From the NCBI GenBank assembly GCA_964600785.1, contig CAZRKH010000048.1, positions 7,926 to 71,925 of the forward strand: a DNA stretch of 64,000 nucleotides, given 5' to 3'. The notes beneath the pieces are model-generated. The model worked only from the letters and a program-made list of their open reading frames with translations, was not told where the DNA came from and did not search any database. The translations under genes were made by a program, and so were the position numbers. Source of the DNA: an uncultured Chitinophagaceae bacterium. GTDB taxonomy: Bacteria; Planctomycetota; Planctomycetia; Pirellulales; UBA1268. Below, piece after piece: positions 38,860-48,190 of this stretch (positions are counted from its first letter, which is position 1; every line of letters begins with the position of its first letter).

Positions 38860-39437
38860 ACGGGGGCATGATGCGAATCTCCGCAGAGCGTCACGACCTG
38901 CTCGACACCGCGTTTCTCGTGGAGGCCCGTCGGCACGACTCCCGCCGCCGGGAGCCGATGCCTCGAGTGGACTCCCAGCCCGAGCCTCCCGCCGGGGTGG
39001 CCGTCGAGGTTGCCTGGCGGCAGCTGGGCTCGGCCGTCGAGGCCGCCCTGGCTCGGGGCCATCGCGTGATCGCCCTGGCATCGGCTCGCGCCGAGGCCCG
39101 CAGCGGACCACTGGTGGAGGGCCTCGCCGCCGGGCTCGGACAAGCCGGCCGGCGGGTGGCCACGGCCGATACCGCCCGCTGGAGCCACGGTGGCGAAGAC
39201 GCGGCCGGTTGCGATGCCGAACTCCTGCTCGTCGATGCGACCGGCTGGCTCGGCCCCGGCCGCCTCCGCCGCGACAGGCTCGCCTCGCGATGCCGCGGCT
39301 GCGATGCGGTGATCGTGGTGCGGCCGGAGGAGCGGCCCTTTGCGACGGGCCTGGAGAAGCTCCTCGAGGCGGTCGGGGTGGAATGCCTCGGCGAGGTGGT
39401 CACCGGCTGCGACGAACTCCTTCCAGCTCCCGAGTGA
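38856..39437 (+). CDS. MinD/ParA/BY-kinase-like (SIMIBI) fold protein with ablated Walker A
   Basis: By-eye collinearity with BY-kinase/ParA ATPases: HRVIALASARAEARSGPLVEGLAAGLGQAGRRVATAD (where GxxGxGKS/T is expected), AELLLVDATGW (Walker-B-like), CDAVIVVRPEE. Start is ambiguous (GTG 38856, ATG 38868 or 38871). Confidence 0.45.
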   Translation: MNGGMMRISAERHDLLDTAFLVEARRHDSRRREPMPRVDSQPEPPAGVAVEVAWRQLGSAVEAALARGHRVIALASARAEARSGPLVEGLAAGLGQAGRRVATADTARWSHGGEDAAGCDAELLLVDATGWLGPGRLRRDRLASRCRGCDAVIVVRPEERPFATGLEKLLEAVGVECLGEVVTGCDELLPAPE

Positions 39438-39447
39438 GGACGACCCG

Positions 39448-40086
39448 ATGCCCGGATCGACCAGCCCCACTCTGCTCCCCCCGGCGGAGGCTGCCTTGGC
39501 CAGGCTCCTGCACGCGATCGACGTCGGTGGGCTGGCGGTGCTCTGCGGACCGCCCGGAACCGGCAAGACCTTCGTGCTCGACGAGCTGGCCGGTCGGGCC
39601 GCCGCCGCGGGCCACACGGTGCTCCGGGCCGCGGCCGCGGTGACCGAGGCGGTCGGGGAGGCGGTCCTGCTGGTCGATGCGGCCGATGCGGCCCGCGATC
39701 CAAGCGAGCTGCGGCAGCTGGCGGCGGGATCAGGTCGCGATCGCCACGCGGCCTCGCACCGCTGCGTGATCCTCGCCGGCGCCGGCCGGCTGCTCACGCT
39801 CGTCGCCCGTGACGCCCAGCTGCGGGAGGCGGTGCGGCTTCGCGGAGTGCTGCGGCCCTGGCGATTCGAGGAGACCCACCGCTACGCCCAGACGCGGCCC
39901 ACGGTGGCCGAAGCTCTTGACGTGGAGGCGATGCGGACGCTCCACGAACTTGCCGCCGGCGTGCCACGGATGGTGGTGCGGCTGCTCGAGACGGCCGCCG
40001 TCGTACTGCGTGGTCACCCCGGCCGCCGACTCATGGCCGCTGATATCGAGTCGTTCCACCGTCGGCTGTTCATTGACGCGGCGTGA
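39448..40086 (+). CDS. AAA+ ATPase, ExeA/GspA-like
   Basis: Walker A LAVLCGPPGTGKTF, Walker B AVLLVDAAD, and an ExeA-type C-terminal helix LAAGVPRMVVRLLETA. ATG at 39448, 10 bp after the previous stop. Confidence 0.68.
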   Translation: MPGSTSPTLLPPAEAALARLLHAIDVGGLAVLCGPPGTGKTFVLDELAGRAAAAGHTVLRAAAAVTEAVGEAVLLVDAADAARDPSELRQLAAGSGRDRHAASHRCVILAGAGRLLTLVARDAQLREAVRLRGVLRPWRFEETHRYAQTRPTVAEALDVEAMRTLHELAAGVPRMVVRLLETAAVVLRGHPGRRLMAADIESFHRRLFIDAA

Positions 40087-41284
40087 CCGCAGCGGCGGCC
40101 TCCACCATCATCGCCACCACGTCGGGGCGGCCAGATTCGCGGCTGCGGCCCGGGGCGAAGGGAGCGGGATCGAGCGCCGGCGCGCGTTTGGTCATGAGGT
40201 CGGCGATCAACTCGGCAGTCCCCGTCGACTGGTGCAGGCCCGCGCGGAAGTGGCCCGCGGCAAGATAGCCGTTGGCGTATCGGGGTGAGAGGCCCAGATA
40301 GGGCAGCCCGTCGGGTGAGCCGGGCCTGAGGCCCGACCAGCTGGCCTCCAGCTCCGCGTGGGCCAGGGCTGGCACCAGTCCGCGGGCCATCGCCAGCAGC
40401 CGCTCGATGACCTCGGGCGTGGTGCGAGGATCGTAGCCGATGTCCTCGATCGTCGAACCTGCCAGGATGCGGCCGTCAGGCCGGGGCACGAGGTAGTCGA
40501 GGCCGAGGTTGATCACCCTCCACAGCAGCGGTTCGGTCGGTCGCACCAGCGCGATCTGCCCCCGCACCGGCCGCGTCTCGATCGTCACCCCGAAGCCCTC
40601 GGCAAGCTTTTGCGACCAGGCGCCCGCCGCGAGCACCCATCGCTCGGCGGCAAACACGCCCCGCGGGGTGCGCACCGCAGCGATCGAGTCTCCGCGGGTC
40701 TCGATCGCCTCGACACCCGCAGCCTCCACAATGCTCACGCCCCGCCGCCGGCAGCTTGCCGCGAGCGCCTCGAGCTGCCTCGGCGGGCGGATCTGGGTTT
40801 CCTCCGGCAAGAGCATGCCGCCGGCGATCCGGCCACTGCTGACGGCCTCGGCGAGTGCCGGCTCGAGGTCGGCGACCTCCCTGGGGGCGAGCAGCTCCGC
40901 AGTCGCCCCCAGGCATCGCCAGGCTTCAGCCTTCGATCGCAGCGATTCGACCGCCGGGGCATCAGCTGCCAGGTGCAGCCCGCCGCAGGCCCGCAGGCCG
41001 TTGTCGATGCCGGTCTCCTCGAGCAGTTCGGCTGCCCATTGCCGGTGCAGCCGGTCGCTACGGGCGGTGAGGGCGTCGCCGGGGGGCGAGTCGCACTCCG
41101 GGGCCGGCGGGAGGATGCCCGCGGCGGCCCAGGAGCAGCTCGAGCGGGCCGGCGCGTCGGTGAGCACGCGAACCTGCAGCCCGCGGCCGGCGAGTTCGCG
41201 GGCGATCGAGAGGCCGATCACCCCGCCCCCGATCACGCAGCAATCGACGGCGGACTTTTCATGACGCGACAGGCTCTTCGACAT
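40070..41284 (-). CDS. FAD-dependent glycine/D-amino-acid oxidase family protein (ThiO-like)
   Basis: ATG at 41284. Dinucleotide fold [27 protein letters not shown]; DAO-family length. The 3' end overlaps the convergent AAA+ gene by 17 bp. Confidence 0.78.
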   Translation of the reverse strand: MSKSLSRHEKSAVDCCVIGGGVIGLSIARELAGRGLQVRVLTDAPARSSCSWAAAGILPPAPECDSPPGDALTARSDRLHRQWAAELLEETGIDNGLRACGGLHLAADAPAVESLRSKAEAWRCLGATAELLAPREVADLEPALAEAVSSGRIAGGMLLPEETQIRPPRQLEALAASCRRRGVSIVEAAGVEAIETRGDSIAAVRTPRGVFAAERWVLAAGAWSQKLAEGFGVTIETRPVRGQIALVRPTEPLLWRVINLGLDYLVPRPDGRILAGSTIEDIGYDPRTTPEVIERLLAMARGLVPALAHAELEASWSGLRPGSPDGLPYLGLSPRYANGYLAAGHFRAGLHQSTGTAELIADLMTKRAPALDPAPFAPGRSRESGRPDVVAMMVEAAAAVTPRQ

Positions 41285-41294
41285 CGGCTGCGGA

Positions 41295-42335
41295 TCAGGC
41301 GTTGGTGACCACGGAGGGGTCGTCGGCAATGTTGACCCACACGTGCACGTGCGGGGCGCCGCGGAAGTGCCAGACAAACGACGGACCCTCCAGCCGCCAG
41401 TTGTCCCACACGCCGTCGTTGCCGATATCACCCCCCTTGTAAAAGGTGAGCCGGCAGGCCTCGAGACCCCCCTGCCTGGCCAGGCAGGCCTTGGCCTCCG
41501 AGCGATCACTCCGCCGAAACGGCTCGAGCAGCAGCCCGAGCACCTTGACCAGCTCCTGTTGCTGGTCGTCGGAGAGTTCCGAGACCGCAATCCCGGTGGG
41601 CACCGAGGCGACCGCGGGGCCCCTGAAGGCGATCGCGTTCTCCGCCGGCGGCCGGCCGGCGAGGGCCTGCTTCCGCTGCCGGCCGTCGAGCATCTCGAAA
41701 ACGCCGTTGGCGGCCATCGCCTGTGGCCAGAAGACATTGCCGGGATGGTCCTTCTCCTCGTTGAATCCACCGGCGTCGTGGCCGTAGAAGATCGGCCCTC
41801 CGAAGGCGACGTGCTCGGCGGAATCTCCGTCGCACCGCAGCGTCATGTGTCGCCCGGTGAGGAGGAACTGGTAGGGTCCATCGCCGGGGGTGCCGAGGAT
41901 GGCGATCGACTGCTGGTGGCCAAAGCCACCGGTATCGTCCTCGAGTTGCCTGTCGAACCGATCGTGCCAGGCGGGATTGGTGAGCCGTTCGAAGACGGCC
42001 CTGGTCAGCTTCCGCTGGTCTGCGGTGAAGAAGTCGCTCGAGAGGTCGGTGTCGGTGCACTGCCAGTTGTTGGCGACCCGCGTGCGGAGCAGGCCGAATT
42101 TCGGATGGCGGTAGTCCCAGGGCAGGCAGATCCGCGACCGCTGCTGCGGGCTCAGGGAGTCGTGAAGCTGCCTGACGAGATCCTCGGCGACGCCGTCGGT
42201 GGCCGGCTCCGTGGCCGAAGCGACGCCGGTGGCAAGGCCCGCGGCGAGGGAACCACCAACAGCCGACCGCTCGAGGAATCGCCGCCGGGAGATTGTCGGC
42301 TCGAGGGTGTCAAGGGGCATGGGTCTGTGGGACAT
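41295..42335 (-). CDS. Tat-signal secreted protein, DUF3500-like
   Basis: Twin-arginine motif [13 protein letters not shown]. The C-terminus [24 protein letters not shown] resembles DUF3500. Start is ATG 42335 or 42320. Confidence 0.65.
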   Translation of the reverse strand: MSHRPMPLDTLEPTISRRRFLERSAVGGSLAAGLATGVASATEPATDGVAEDLVRQLHDSLSPQQRSRICLPWDYRHPKFGLLRTRVANNWQCTDTDLSSDFFTADQRKLTRAVFERLTNPAWHDRFDRQLEDDTGGFGHQQSIAILGTPGDGPYQFLLTGRHMTLRCDGDSAEHVAFGGPIFYGHDAGGFNEEKDHPGNVFWPQAMAANGVFEMLDGRQRKQALAGRPPAENAIAFRGPAVASVPTGIAVSELSDDQQQELVKVLGLLLEPFRRSDRSEAKACLARQGGLEACRLTFYKGGDIGNDGVWDNWRLEGPSFVWHFRGAPHVHVWVNIADDPSVVTNA

Positions 42336-42438
42336 GATCCGCTGGAACTCCGACGGTCGAGAACTGGGCACTCCGCGGCGAAACGTGATGGGCACGGCTG
42401 GTCGGCCGGTCCCGCGGACCCGCCAGCCCCAATCATAC

Positions 42439-42516
42439 CCGGATTTCCAAGCGGACCGGATTTCAGGGCGGACCGGATTTCAGGCCGCCCCGGATTTCAA
42501 GACCGCGCCAGATTTC
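42439..42516. repeat. Five direct repeats of CC(G/A)GATTTC at 17-bp spacing (one 18)
   Basis: Copies start at 42439, 42456, 42473, 42490 and 42508, read directly. They lie in the divergent DUF3500-like / trpB intergenic region. Confidence 0.95.
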
Positions 42517-42659
42517 ATCGATGGTGGCCGGGGGCCGACGGGCTACAATCAAAGGCGAGAACGCCCGCCCTGACCCGGAAAATCGGGCCGTCCGCCCAAC
42601 GCGATCGGGCGATCGCGGGCGGGCGTCCACCACGCAGTCCTCGAGTACGAGCCGCCGCG

Positions 42660-43895
42660 ATGTCGATTGCAGAGCCGACCACCAGATTCTCACAAGGCCC
42701 CGATGCCCTCGGGCGTTTTGGGTCCTTCGGCGGTCGATACGTCCCCGAAACGCTTTCCGCGGCCCTCGATGAACTGGAGCAGGCCTACGCCGAGGCGCGG
42801 GTCGACACCGCGTTCCGCGAAGAACTCGACGGACTCTTGGCGAGTTTCGTGGGTCGACAGACGCCGCTGATGCATGCCCGACGGCTGACCGCCCATGCCG
42901 GCGGGGCGGAGATCGTCTTCAAGCGGGAGGATCTCAGCCACACCGGTGCCCACAAGATCAACAACACCCTCGGTCAGGCCCTGCTCGCGAAGCGGATGGG
43001 CAAGCGACGGATCATCGCCGAGACCGGCGCGGGACAGCACGGGGTGGCCACGGCCACCGCCTGCGCGTTGTTCGGGCTGGAGTGCGTGGTCTACATGGGG
43101 GCCGAGGACGTTCGGCGGCAGAGCCCCAACGTGCGGAACATGCGGCTGATGGGGGCCGAGGTGCGGCCGGTGGAGAGCGGCTCCCGGACACTCCGCGACG
43201 CGATCAACGAGGCGATGCGGGACTGGATGGGCTCGGTTGCCACGAGCCACTACATCATCGGCTCGGTGGTCGGGCCGCATCCCTTCCCGAGGATCGTGCG
43301 GGACTTTCAAAGCGTGATCGGCCGAGAGACCGTGGCCCAGTCACGCGAACTGCTCGGCCGCCTGCCCGAGGTGGTGGTGGCCTGCGTCGGTGGCGGCAGC
43401 AACGCAGCGGGCATGTTCCATCCTTTCGTCGACCATGCCGGCGTGCGGCTGGTGGGCGTCGAGGCGGGCGGCCGCTCGGCCGACCCGGGGAGCCATGCGG
43501 CCAGCCTCAGCCACGGCAGCCCCGGCGTGCTGCATGGCAGCCTCAGCTACGTGCTTCAGGACGGCGACGGCCAGACCTCCGACGTGCATTCGGTGTCGGC
43601 GGGCCTCGACTATCCAGGGGTCGGCCCCGAGCATGCCTACTGGCGTGATGCCGGCCGCGTCGAGTACACGAGCGTGACGGATGCCGAGGCTCTGGACGCC
43701 TTCGATCTCGTGGCCCGCAAGGAGGGCATCCTGCCTGCCCTGGAAACCTCCCATGCACTCGCCTGGACGGTGCGGGCGGCCGCCTCGATGCCGCGGGATG
43801 CCGCGGTGGTGGTCTGTCTTTCCGGCCGGGGCGACAAGGATGCCGCTGAAATCGCGAGGCTGCGGGGCATGTCCGAGGGGGCTGGCGATGGCTGA
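42660..43895 (+). CDS. trpB: Tryptophan synthase beta chain
   Basis: ATG at 42660. [15 protein letters not shown] and the PLP-lysine motif [11 protein letters not shown]. The 5' part of the 850-aa track ORF is antisense to the DUF3500-like gene. Confidence 0.97.
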   Translation: MSIAEPTTRFSQGPDALGRFGSFGGRYVPETLSAALDELEQAYAEARVDTAFREELDGLLASFVGRQTPLMHARRLTAHAGGAEIVFKREDLSHTGAHKINNTLGQALLAKRMGKRRIIAETGAGQHGVATATACALFGLECVVYMGAEDVRRQSPNVRNMRLMGAEVRPVESGSRTLRDAINEAMRDWMGSVATSHYIIGSVVGPHPFPRIVRDFQSVIGRETVAQSRELLGRLPEVVVACVGGGSNAAGMFHPFVDHAGVRLVGVEAGGRSADPGSHAASLSHGSPGVLHGSLSYVLQDGDGQTSDVHSVSAGLDYPGVGPEHAYWRDAGRVEYTSVTDAEALDAFDLVARKEGILPALETSHALAWTVRAAASMPRDAAVVVCLSGRGDKDAAEIARLRGMSEGAGDG

Positions 43896-44739
43896 GGCGG
43901 CGGCCGGCTGCGGGGCGACGGCGATCGTCGAGGCGATCCGCGGGCGGCGAGAGGCGGGTCTCGCGGCGGTCGCTCCCTTCCTCACCGTCGGTGACCCGGA
44001 CTGCCGATTCACCGTGGAGTGCCTGGCAGGAATCGACTCAGCCGGCGCCGCAGTCTGTGAACTCGGCGTGCCCTACAGCGATCCGATCGCCGACGGCCCG
44101 GTGATTCAGGCCTCCTACACCCGGGCCCTCTCAGCCGGCGGCACACTCGCGGACACCTTCGACGTGGCCCGTCAAACGGCTGCCAGCCTCACCATGCCGC
44201 TGGTGGCGATGACCAGTTATTCGATCATCTTTCGTCGCGGGATCGACAGCTTCACCGCCGAGGCGAGAACGGCCGGGCTGGCCGGTCTGGTGGTGCCCGA
44301 TCTCCCGCTGGAGGAGAGTGCAACGCTCGCGGCTGCCTGCCGCGAGCATGGGCTGGCCCTCGTTCGCCTCGTCACGCCCACGACCCCGCCGGAGCGGGCG
44401 GCCCGGATCGCCGCCGAGAGCACCGGGTTTCTCTATTGCGTGTCGGTGGCGGGCGTCACCGGCGAGCGGGCCATGCTTCCCGAAGAGCTCATCGAACGGG
44501 TGGCCTGGCTGCGGCAGCGGTGTGAGGTGCCGATCATGGTCGGCTTCGGGATTCGTGATGCAACGCAGGTGCGGGCGGTCTGCGAGGTCGCCGACGGGGC
44601 GATCGTGGGTTCGGCCGTCGTGCGTCAGCTCGCACGCTGCGTCGGGGGCGGCGAGGGCGGCCGCGAGGAGGTGCTCGCGGCGATCCGCGAGCAGGTGGCG
44701 GGGCTCGTCAATGCGACCCGCAGCCCGGGTTCGCCGTGA
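43888..44739 (+). CDS. trpA: Tryptophan synthase alpha chain
   Basis: ATG at 43888 overlaps the trpB end. Motifs [29 protein letters not shown]. Confidence 0.95.
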   Translation: MAEAAAGCGATAIVEAIRGRREAGLAAVAPFLTVGDPDCRFTVECLAGIDSAGAAVCELGVPYSDPIADGPVIQASYTRALSAGGTLADTFDVARQTAASLTMPLVAMTSYSIIFRRGIDSFTAEARTAGLAGLVVPDLPLEESATLAAACREHGLALVRLVTPTTPPERAARIAAESTGFLYCVSVAGVTGERAMLPEELIERVAWLRQRCEVPIMVGFGIRDATQVRAVCEVADGAIVGSAVVRQLARCVGGGEGGREEVLAAIREQVAGLVNATRSPGSP

Positions 44740-44832
44740 GGCACGAGCCGCGGGCAGCCGAACCGATGCGTCGTCTGCTATAATACGCGTGATTGAGCGG
44801 GTTCTACCTCGAGACAGGGAGGTCACCCATTC

Positions 44833-45363
44833 ATGGATCCCGTACGGCATCCGGACGACATCACGCGGTTCTTCCAGGGGCTCACCGAGCATGCCTTCCA
44901 GGCCACGCTCGGTGTCGTTGATCCTCCCCTTGTCGACTACGTGTCGGTGTTGCTCGTCCGCTATGTGAGGAGCGACTCGATCGCCTCCTGGCCGGGCTGC
45001 GGCCGCAAGCCCCGCCCCGCGATCCCGGCGGTCGAGCAGCTTTGGCGGGCTGAGGCCTCGGCGACCGATTCACCGGCCGACCCGCCACTCCAACGCGAGG
45101 GCTACCGGGAATTGGGCGACGCGGCCCTGTTTTGGACCGGTCTCTACCCGGAGGCCGTGCGTCGACCCCGCGGCGGCCTGGCGGAAGAACTGACGCCCTC
45201 GGTGGCCGACTACCGTGCGGTCGGCCGCAGAGCCTACTGGCTTGCCAGCCGTCTTCCGGCGGCCGACCCCGACGACGAGGGCAGGCTGCTGGCCCGCCTC
45301 AGCCGGGAGTTCGATCTGTGCGTGGCGGGCCTGGCGGAGGTCAGAAAAAGCTGGGCCGACTAA
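44833..45363 (+). CDS. Hypothetical protein (176 aa)
   Basis: ATG-initiated ORF with high GC3 and non-repetitive composition. No family recognised. Confidence 0.55.
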   Translation: MDPVRHPDDITRFFQGLTEHAFQATLGVVDPPLVDYVSVLLVRYVRSDSIASWPGCGRKPRPAIPAVEQLWRAEASATDSPADPPLQREGYRELGDAALFWTGLYPEAVRRPRGGLAEELTPSVADYRAVGRRAYWLASRLPAADPDDEGRLLARLSREFDLCVAGLAEVRKSWAD

Positions 45364-45392
45364 CTGCTCGTGCAAAAAGCACTCCGACGCGG

Positions 45393-45530
45393 CTGATCTG
45401 TGTGGCCGTCAAGTCCCACGAAAGCTATCGGGGCATGCAGGGGCCGCGGTGTGACGGGGTGCTGCGGATCGTGACCAACCGCCTCGACCTGTCGGCGAAA
45501 CTGATCGCCGAGATGTATCGGCTCCGCTGG
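45393..45530 (+). mobile_element. Degraded IS4/IS5-superfamily (DDE_Tnp_1) transposase fragment
   Basis: LICVAVKSHESYRGMQGPRCDGVLRIVTNRLDLSAKLIAEMYRLRW matches the conserved …TN…xAxxIAxLYRxRW block near the C-terminus of IS4-type transposases. The expected continuation (QIE…FF) is absent and there is no start codon or upstream catalytic region. Confidence 0.5.
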
Positions 45531-45748
45531 CTGTTGCCAGCGGAGCCATGGATGGCGGAGCGCAGGCAGCTTCGAACGAGCGAAGGCCTGGAGGGCCGCA
45601 GCGAGTGCCCGGCGACAGGGCATGGGCACCCCGACCCCCACTGGACGCTTGTGTCCCCTTCTGAAAAACAACTCTCCAACACCGGCCACCTGGGGCGGCA
45701 CGTATCGTGCCGAACAGAATTGCCACGGAGGGCTTTTTCCACAGTCTG

Positions 45749-46438
45749 CTACCGCCGACGATGCCAGTCGGCGAGGAGCGATCGGCTCCATTCCGGCCAG
45801 TCGGCCGCCCCTTGTGCCGAGGTGTCGAGGAGTCCTCCGGCTTCGAGCAGGATCGCCCGGCCGAAGCAGTTTTCGATGCCGCCGCCGTCAGCCGTGGCGA
45901 GCACCACGCCGCCGGCGAGAGTGAAGTCGGCGATCGCCCTCGAGACATCCTGGCGGCCGGGAGCGTCGAGCAGAGCGAAGGGATTGTCGAGCAGGAGAAT
46001 CTCCGGATCGTGGAGCATCGCCGAGGCGATCAGCAACTGCTTCCGCCGGCCGTCGGGGAGCCGATCGATCCGCTCGTCGCGTCGGTGACCGCAGCCGGCA
46101 AAGTCCAGACCCCGCCTGATCGCCTCCCGCAGCGGCTGGCCGGCGAGCCCCCGGGGCCGGGCCACGAGTTCGAGAAATTCGTCGCAGCGGATCACCGGCC
46201 AGGCGGCCGGTAAGGCCCCGGCGTAGCCGACGCGGGGTGGCTCCTGACCGGTCGAGCCGAGCACGACTCGGCCCGCCGCCGGCGGAAGGTTGCCGGCGAT
46301 CACTTCCAAAAGCAGGCTCTTTCCGCTCCCCGAGAGTCCCAGCAGGGCCACCGCCTCGCCGGCGTTGATCGTCAGCGAGGCGGCTTCCAGCAGCGGACCG
46401 TCGCGGTTGCGTACGCCGAGCCCCTCGAGCTTGATCAT
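45749..46438 (-). CDS. ABC-type ATP-binding protein with degenerate catalytic motifs, no permease partner
   Basis: Walker A GLSGSGKS is intact. Signature LPDGR (vs LSGGQ), Walker B ILLLDNP (Asn for the catalytic Glu), no H-loop His (VLATADGG). The start overlaps the trpE stop (ATGA). Confidence 0.78.
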   Translation of the reverse strand: MIKLEGLGVRNRDGPLLEAASLTINAGEAVALLGLSGSGKSLLLEVIAGNLPPAAGRVVLGSTGQEPPRVGYAGALPAAWPVIRCDEFLELVARPRGLAGQPLREAIRRGLDFAGCGHRRDERIDRLPDGRRKQLLIASAMLHDPEILLLDNPFALLDAPGRQDVSRAIADFTLAGGVVLATADGGGIENCFGRAILLEAGGLLDTSAQGAADWPEWSRSLLADWHRRR

Positions 46439-47967
46439 TGGTGCTCGGCCGCTGCGGGGCCGGCCGCGAGTCGCTTGCGGGTCAGTTCCAATGCCACCAG
46501 CAGCCCCCGGGCCTTGTTGAGGGTTTCCTCGTATTCCGCCTGCGGGTCGCTCTCAGCGACGATTCCCGCCCCAGCCTGCACGAAGGCCCGCCCCTCGTGG
46601 AGCACGAACGTTCGCAGGGTGATGCAGGTGTCCATCGAGCCGCCGAAGTCGATGTAGCCCACCGCACCGGCATAGGGGCCGCGACGGGTTGGTTCGAGTT
46701 CGTCGATGATCTCCATGGCGCGGATCTTGGGGGCTCCCGAGACGGTTCCCGCCGGCAGGCAGGCCCGCAGGGCGTCGAGCGCGGTGCGGCCGGCGGCCAG
46801 CCGTCCCGTGACATTGCTGGTGATGTGCATGACGTGACTGTACCGCTCGATCGTCATCACGTCGGAAAGCGTCACCGTGCCGATCTCCGCCACGCGTCCG
46901 ACGTCGTTGCGGCCGAGGTCGATGAGCATCACATGCTCGGCCCGCTCCTTGGGATCGGCCAGCAGCGAGGCGGCAAGTTGTTCGTCCTCCACGGCCGAAT
47001 TGCCGCGGCGGCGGGTGCCGGCGAGCGGCCGCACCGTGACCTCGCCGTCGGCCACGCGAACCATGATCTCCGGAGAGCTGCCGACGAGCGTCGTCGAGGG
47101 CGTCCGCAGGTGAAACATGAACGGGCTGGGGTTGACCACCCGCAGCGTGCGATAAAGCTCGAGTGAGGGAGCGGTGAAGTTCGCCTCGAGACGCTGGCTG
47201 AGTACGACCTGGAAGACATCGCCGCTGCGGATGTAGTCGATCGCCCGCTGCACCGCGGCGATGAACGCCTCCCGCGTGAGGTTTGACTCGGCCTCGGCCG
47301 GTGCCAGGGCGGTGTCGATATCGGCCGGCAGCGGCCCGCCGGGTCGCCCCAGGGTCTCGACCGTCTCGTCGATCCGGCGACAGGCCTCGGCGTAGCCAAG
47401 GTCGACCGCCGCCGCGTCGTCTCCCTCGAGGCGGGCGAGGACCACGACATCGAGCGTCTTGTTGACATTGTCGAAGATCAGCATCCGGTCGTAGAAGGCG
47501 AACGAGAGATCGGGCAGATGGCGGTCGTCGGGAGGTGGGGTGGGCAGTCGCTCCACGTAGCGGACCGCGTCGTAGCCAAAGTAGCCCACCACGCCGCTGG
47601 AGAAGGGAGGCAGTCCCGGCAGTCGGGCCGGGGCGAAGGGGGCCATCCTGCGGCGCAGCTCCTCGAGCGGATCGTCACAGATCTGCCGCTCGTCGAAGGG
47701 TCGGCCGTCGGGATCTTGGCCGAAGATTCGAACCTCGTTCCCCCGAGCCTCGAGGTTCATGAAGGGCTCGGCGGCCAGGAAACTCCAGCGGCCGACCCGT
47801 TCGCCCCCGACCACGCTCTCAAAGAGGCAGCTGCTCTCGCCGGCGTCGAGCCTGGCGTAGGCGGAAAGCGGCGTGAGGCTGTCGGAAAGCAGCCGGCGGT
47901 AGACCGGAATCAGCCGATGACGCTTCGCGAGCGAGGCAAACTCGAGGCGATCCGGGAGGTGTGGCAT
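46435..47967 (-). CDS. trpE: Anthranilate synthase component I
   Basis: ATG at 47967. LIPVYRRLLSDSLTPLSAY N-terminal block and GTVSGAPKIRAMEIIDELE chorismate-binding block. Confidence 0.95.
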   Translation of the reverse strand: MPHLPDRLEFASLAKRHRLIPVYRRLLSDSLTPLSAYARLDAGESSCLFESVVGGERVGRWSFLAAEPFMNLEARGNEVRIFGQDPDGRPFDERQICDDPLEELRRRMAPFAPARLPGLPPFSSGVVGYFGYDAVRYVERLPTPPPDDRHLPDLSFAFYDRMLIFDNVNKTLDVVVLARLEGDDAAAVDLGYAEACRRIDETVETLGRPGGPLPADIDTALAPAEAESNLTREAFIAAVQRAIDYIRSGDVFQVVLSQRLEANFTAPSLELYRTLRVVNPSPFMFHLRTPSTTLVGSSPEIMVRVADGEVTVRPLAGTRRRGNSAVEDEQLAASLLADPKERAEHVMLIDLGRNDVGRVAEIGTVTLSDVMTIERYSHVMHITSNVTGRLAAGRTALDALRACLPAGTVSGAPKIRAMEIIDELEPTRRGPYAGAVGYIDFGGSMDTCITLRTFVLHEGRAFVQAGAGIVAESDPQAEYEETLNKARGLLVALELTRKRLAAGPAAAEHQ

Positions 47968-48190
47968 GGATTCCGCACGGGATTCGGTGGAATCCACGAA
48001 GCCTAGTCGCCGCCACGGTGGGCAACAACGCGGTGCCCTCGGAAGCGGGTCGCGGGCGGGAAACCGGGCCGCGGCCGAGCCGGTAGAGAGCGGCACGCCG
48101 GCCGCAGGCGGTATGATGCAGATGGCTTTGCAGGCCGGGCCTCGGCGGAGAGAATGCGACTCGCGGGTTTCAGGCAGGAGGTGCTCCACG

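Noticed and set aside
41343-42659. The 850-aa ORF suggests a large N-terminal extension fused to TrpB
   Set aside because: The upstream 1.3 kb of this frame is the antisense of the well-supported DUF3500-like gene and the repeat-containing intergenic region. TrpB homology starts at the ATG at 42660.
42521-42772. 83-aa ORF upstream of and overlapping trpB, as a possible trp leader peptide
   Set aside because: It contains no tandem Trp codons, runs into the trpB coding region in another frame, and has Arg/Ser/Pro-rich composition typical of spurious high-GC ORFs.
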